Shown here: piece by piece, positions 50,823 to 54,088 of the stretch
Layout: every line of letters starts with the position of its first letter
Position numbering within the stretch: position 1 is the stretch's first letter
From: Candidatus Eiseniibacteriota bacterium
Lineage (GTDB): Bacteria; Orphanbacterota; Orphanbacteria; Orphanbacterales; Orphanbacteraceae
DNA: 54,088 nucleotides
Assembly: GCA_043809585.1 (NCBI GenBank)
Contig: JBDROZ010000104.1
Location: 1-54,088, forward strand
Reading direction: 5' to 3'
Notes under the pieces: generated by a model
What the model saw: the letters and a program-made list of their open reading frames with translations, nothing else
The model's database searches: none
Told to the model about the DNA's origin: nothing
Translations under genes and position numbers: made by a program

Positions 50823-52028
50823 TCAGTAGACGAAATGCTCGAGGGGGTAGTAGGCGGCCTTGGCGCGGACGCCGGCCCGGTGAAGGGCGAGGGCCATCTC
50901 CCGCGCCTCGTCGTGCATCTCTTCCCGGCCCATCGGGCGGATCCCTTCCCGCTCCGCCCACGCGGCGTAGTCGGTCCCGGGAACGGTGCGGAAGGGAGAG
51001 AGGAAGACGAGGTCGTCGGGGCCGAGATCGAGGGGGGCGAGAAGCCGGACGCATCCTTCCCGGTGGGCGTCCCGGTAGCGCTCGCCGCCGACGCCGACGA
51101 GGAAGATCAGCCCGGCGGCGATCCCCGCCTCCGCCATGCGCCCCCTCGCCTCGGGGAGGGAGGCGAGGGACCCCGGTTTCCGCAGAAGGCGGTAAAGCTC
51201 CTCGTCCCCCGTCTCGATCCCGACGTACAGACGGCGGAATCCCCGGGCGCTGTAGGGCCGCAGGTCCCGCCCCCCTCCCGCGGTGAGAGACCGGAGGCGG
51301 GCGAAGGCGAAGATCTCCCGGCTCCGGGGGAGCGGCCCCCCCTTCCTCTCCCTCTCCGCCAGGATGGCGAGGATCCGGTCGACCACCGGGAGGAGGCGCT
51401 CGTCGGGAACGGCGAAGGGATCCCCGTCGCCGAGAAAGAGGCCCCGGCGGAGAAGGATCGAACGGCCGAAGAGATCGAGGGCCCCCCGGAGGTGGCGCTC
51501 CACGTCCTCCTCGTCCCTCACCCGGAACTCCCGGTCCGGATAGAGGCCGCAGAAGGAGCAGCGGTTCCACGAGCATCCTTCGGTCGCCTGCACGACGAAG
51601 GAGAGCACCCGATCGGGGGGCAGGATCGGCACGGGCCGGTAGACGGCGCGGAACCGGGCGGCGTCCCTCTCGAGCGCCTCCGGTCCGGCGGCCCGGATGC
51701 CCGCGAGCCGCCCCCGGAGCTCCGCCCCCTCTTCCCCCTCGAAACCGGAGAGGGCCCCGCCCGCCTCCTTCGCGAGCCGGTGGAAGTGATCGAGGGCCGC
51801 CGCCGCTTCGCCGCCGGGGAGGATTCTTCCCGCCCGTTCGAGCCGGCTCCGGGCCATGACGGCGTGGGAGATCCCCCGGCGGTAGTACACGTTCTCCCAC
51901 TGGCCGCTCACCGGCCGCCCCTCGAGGTCCCACTTCATGGTCGCCTCCCCCACACGCTCGAGGGCGGTGAGGCGCGGGTGGAGGTAGGCGTGAATCCGGC
52001 CGCGGGCGAGATGGATCGCGCGCGCCAT
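50823..52028 (-). CDS. Radical SAM protein of unknown function
   Basis: [30 protein letters not shown]. Confidence 0.88.
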   Translation of the reverse strand: MARAIHLARGRIHAYLHPRLTALERVGEATMKWDLEGRPVSGQWENVYYRRGISHAVMARSRLERAGRILPGGEAAAALDHFHRLAKEAGGALSGFEGEEGAELRGRLAGIRAAGPEALERDAARFRAVYRPVPILPPDRVLSFVVQATEGCSWNRCSFCGLYPDREFRVRDEEDVERHLRGALDLFGRSILLRRGLFLGDGDPFAVPDERLLPVVDRILAILAERERKGGPLPRSREIFAFARLRSLTAGGGRDLRPYSARGFRRLYVGIETGDEELYRLLRKPGSLASLPEARGRMAEAGIAAGLIFLVGVGGERYRDAHREGCVRLLAPLDLGPDDLVFLSPFRTVPGTDYAAWAEREGIRPMGREEMHDEAREMALALHRAGVRAKAAYYPLEHFVY

Positions 52029-52032
52029 GGCC

Positions 52033-53646
52033 TCACTCCTTGGCGGCGGGAAAGAGAAGACGGAAGGAAGTGCCCGACCCGTCCTCGCTGCGGCAGGAGA
52101 CGCGGCCCCCGTGCTCCCGCATCACCTGCTGGACGAAGGCGAGGCCGAGTCCGGTCCCGTAGTCCTTGGTCGTGTAGAAGGGGTCGAAGATCTTCCGGAT
52201 CTCCTCCTTCGGGATGCCGACCCCGGTGTCCCGCACCTCGAGGATCACCTGGCCCTCCCGGCACCCGGCGATCACCCGGATCGTGCCCCCCGAGGGCATC
52301 GCCTCCTGGGAGTTGCGGAAGAGGTTCAGTATGCTCTGGCGCACTTGGTTCTTGTCCGCCATGAGGTCCGGCGTGTCGGGCCGGACTTCGATCTCGAGTT
52401 CGATGTTGTGTTCCTCCATGTCGGGCCGGACGAACTCGGCGACGGACCGGAGGAAGGACTCCGTCGGGACCGCCTCGAGGGAGGGGCTCGGGAGGCGCCC
52501 GAAGGTGAGGTACTCCTCGATCACGTTCGTGAGACGGTCGATCTCGGAGAGAATCGAGGCGACGAGGGCGGTCGCCTCCTCGCTTTCCGCGCCGGCGAGC
52601 CGCTGCACCTCGTCCTGGAGGAGCTCCACGTTGAGGGAGATCGACGAGAGGGGGTTGCGGATCTCGTGGGCCACCTTGGCGGCCATGCTCCCCACCGCCA
52701 CGAGGCGCTCCCACCGGATCATCTCCTCCTCGAGCCGCTTCCGGGCGGTAAGGTCCCTGAGGAAGACCCGCGCGCCGAGATAACGGCCGTCCTCGTCCCG
52801 CACGGCCGTGCTCACGAGCTCCACGTGCTTCTCGGCGCCCCCCCGGGTGATGATGTGGGCCTCCAGCCGGTCGTGGCCGGTTCGGATCATCCGCTCCAGG
52901 TGCATCCGGAAACGGGGATGATGGCTGTCGGCGACCAGGTGATGGATGGTGAGCTGCTCCATCTCCCGGCGTTCGTAGCCCAGGCTGTCGAGGGCGGCCC
53001 GGTTGATATCGACAATCAGCCCCCCCTCGTTCATGGCGAGGATCATCTCCGGGTAGCTCTCGAAGAGATCTTGATAGCGTTCCTCCGTCACCCGGAGCCG
53101 CCGGGTGCGGTCGCTGACGATCGCTCGAAGGCGGTCCCTCTGCTCCTGAACGCTCTCGACGCTCTGGCCGAGACAGGAGTGGCAGATAATCTGGAGATCG
53201 AAGAGGAAGATCTTCTCGATCGCCTTGTGGACGCGGAGGCTCTTCTCCGGTTCGTCGCCGTAGAACTCCTGGACGAGCAGGGGTATGTGCTCGACGTAGA
53301 CCGAGTAGCCGCCGGGAAACCAGCGGGACGGGGGCCGGAGGGAGCCGAGCATGGAGGCGATGCGCATCCGGCGTTCGAGGAAGTCCTCGTCGTAGACGCC
53401 TCCGAGCAGGAGTTCCAGGTACGCCCGCTGGGCCTCCCGGGCCTGCTCTTCCCACTCCTCGTCGAAGACCGGAAGCGCACCGGACTGGAGAGGGCGGAGG
53501 CGGTCGATGAAGCCGTCCACGATCTCCCCGAGCCGCGGGCGGATCCGCTTCCCCACCTCGGCCAGGAGCGTCTCGTCCTCCGGCCGGAGGTCGACCATCG
53601 CTTTCATATGGTCCAGGCGGCTCTTGGGCTCTCGATTCAAAGTCAT
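52033..53646 (-). CDS. Cytoplasmic sensor histidine kinase: protoglobin-like + PAS + HisKA/HATPase
   Basis: Globin-coupled-sensor-like N-terminus; PAS ending RDLT; AHEIRNPL, NLFRNS, DTGVGI, FDPFYTTK, GTGLGL; no TM helix. Confidence 0.9.
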   Translation of the reverse strand: MTLNREPKSRLDHMKAMVDLRPEDETLLAEVGKRIRPRLGEIVDGFIDRLRPLQSGALPVFDEEWEEQAREAQRAYLELLLGGVYDEDFLERRMRIASMLGSLRPPSRWFPGGYSVYVEHIPLLVQEFYGDEPEKSLRVHKAIEKIFLFDLQIICHSCLGQSVESVQEQRDRLRAIVSDRTRRLRVTEERYQDLFESYPEMILAMNEGGLIVDINRAALDSLGYERREMEQLTIHHLVADSHHPRFRMHLERMIRTGHDRLEAHIITRGGAEKHVELVSTAVRDEDGRYLGARVFLRDLTARKRLEEEMIRWERLVAVGSMAAKVAHEIRNPLSSISLNVELLQDEVQRLAGAESEEATALVASILSEIDRLTNVIEEYLTFGRLPSPSLEAVPTESFLRSVAEFVRPDMEEHNIELEIEVRPDTPDLMADKNQVRQSILNLFRNSQEAMPSGGTIRVIAGCREGQVILEVRDTGVGIPKEEIRKIFDPFYTTKDYGTGLGLAFVQQVMREHGGRVSCRSEDGSGTSFRLLFPAAKE

Positions 53647-53731
53647 CCTCCTCGGGCCGCGAGCGGTTCGAGACGAAGATACACCGGATGCGCGGGAAGA
53701 GGCCAGCCCCGGGGGATCGCGGTGGGAGATG

Positions 53732-54040
53732 GCTAGCCTGGATTATGCATGAATCTCCGTCACGAGGGATCGGATCGCCTGACGAGAAGCCGACTTGCAC
53801 CCTTCGCGCTGTCGCGCTCCGGGTACTCCCGGCGCCGACCCGCCGTCGCTTCGCTCCGGCGGGTACCCCGGCGCGGTCGGACTTCCGCCACCGGAGTCAG
53901 GGACCCGTCGGGCAGTTGGGCTTATCGCGCCCATCGAAGCGATAAGCCCTAGCCCGACTTCGCGGATTCGGGAGTTTGAGGGATCCTAAGTCGTTATAAA
54001 TCAACAAAACGATTCAAGAGGTCTTCACTACATCGGGCTA
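53732..54040 (+). mobile_element. MITE-like non-autonomous element (~305 bp), possibly the full-length version of 1-159
   Basis: 53732-53890 is repeated at 1-159; nested hairpins incl. GGGCTTATCGC/GCGATAAGCCC; possible weak termini TAGCC...GGCTA; right boundary uncertain. Confidence 0.5.
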
Positions 54041-54088
54041 TCGAGTCACTTCTCCTTCAGCCGTTACCCGGGGAGGGGGTTGAGCGGG

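Overview
High-GC bacterial chromosomal segment, almost entirely minus-strand genes. FlgD-Ig/'NPFNP' C-terminal sorting domains, a bS22-like gene and a Big_5 lipoprotein suggest a non-Bacteroidota FCB-associated lineage such as Eisenbacteria, Krumholzibacteriota or Latescibacterota (inference). Housekeeping content: IHF/HU, argF, hslUV, xerC, trmFO, topA, smg-like, secA, guaA, purH/purC/purN, rpsT, tRNA-Ala(GGC), tRNA-Leu(CAA), a transketolase, a 2-oxoacid:ferredoxin oxidoreductase and an acyl-CoA carboxylase whose beta subunit has a 1-nt frameshift. The best second-look items are: (1) a compact 7-gene bacterial microcompartment operon of the Haliangium ochraceum type (BMC-H, 3 BMC-P, BMC-T, aldehyde dehydrogenase, class II aldolase with a Cys-rich linker and encapsulation peptide); (2) a consensus sigma-54 promoter followed by a ~118-nt rod-like hairpin in a ~650-bp intergenic region, a candidate new sRNA or leader; (3) a small GIY-YIG nuclease gene flanked by inverted REP-like repeats with covarying hairpins, with a further copy 3 kb away; (4) a globin-coupled histidine kinase lacking the proximal heme His, linked to an NtrC-type regulator and a sigma-54 promoter; (5) a fibre-like surface protein paired with a small partner carrying a sorting domain; (6) MITE-like hairpin elements, including an inverted ~159-bp repeat at both window ends; (7) a 31-aa bS22-like gene missed by the ORF track. 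No CRISPR array, rRNA, transposase or prophage was seen. All family assignments come from motif recognition; no database search was run.
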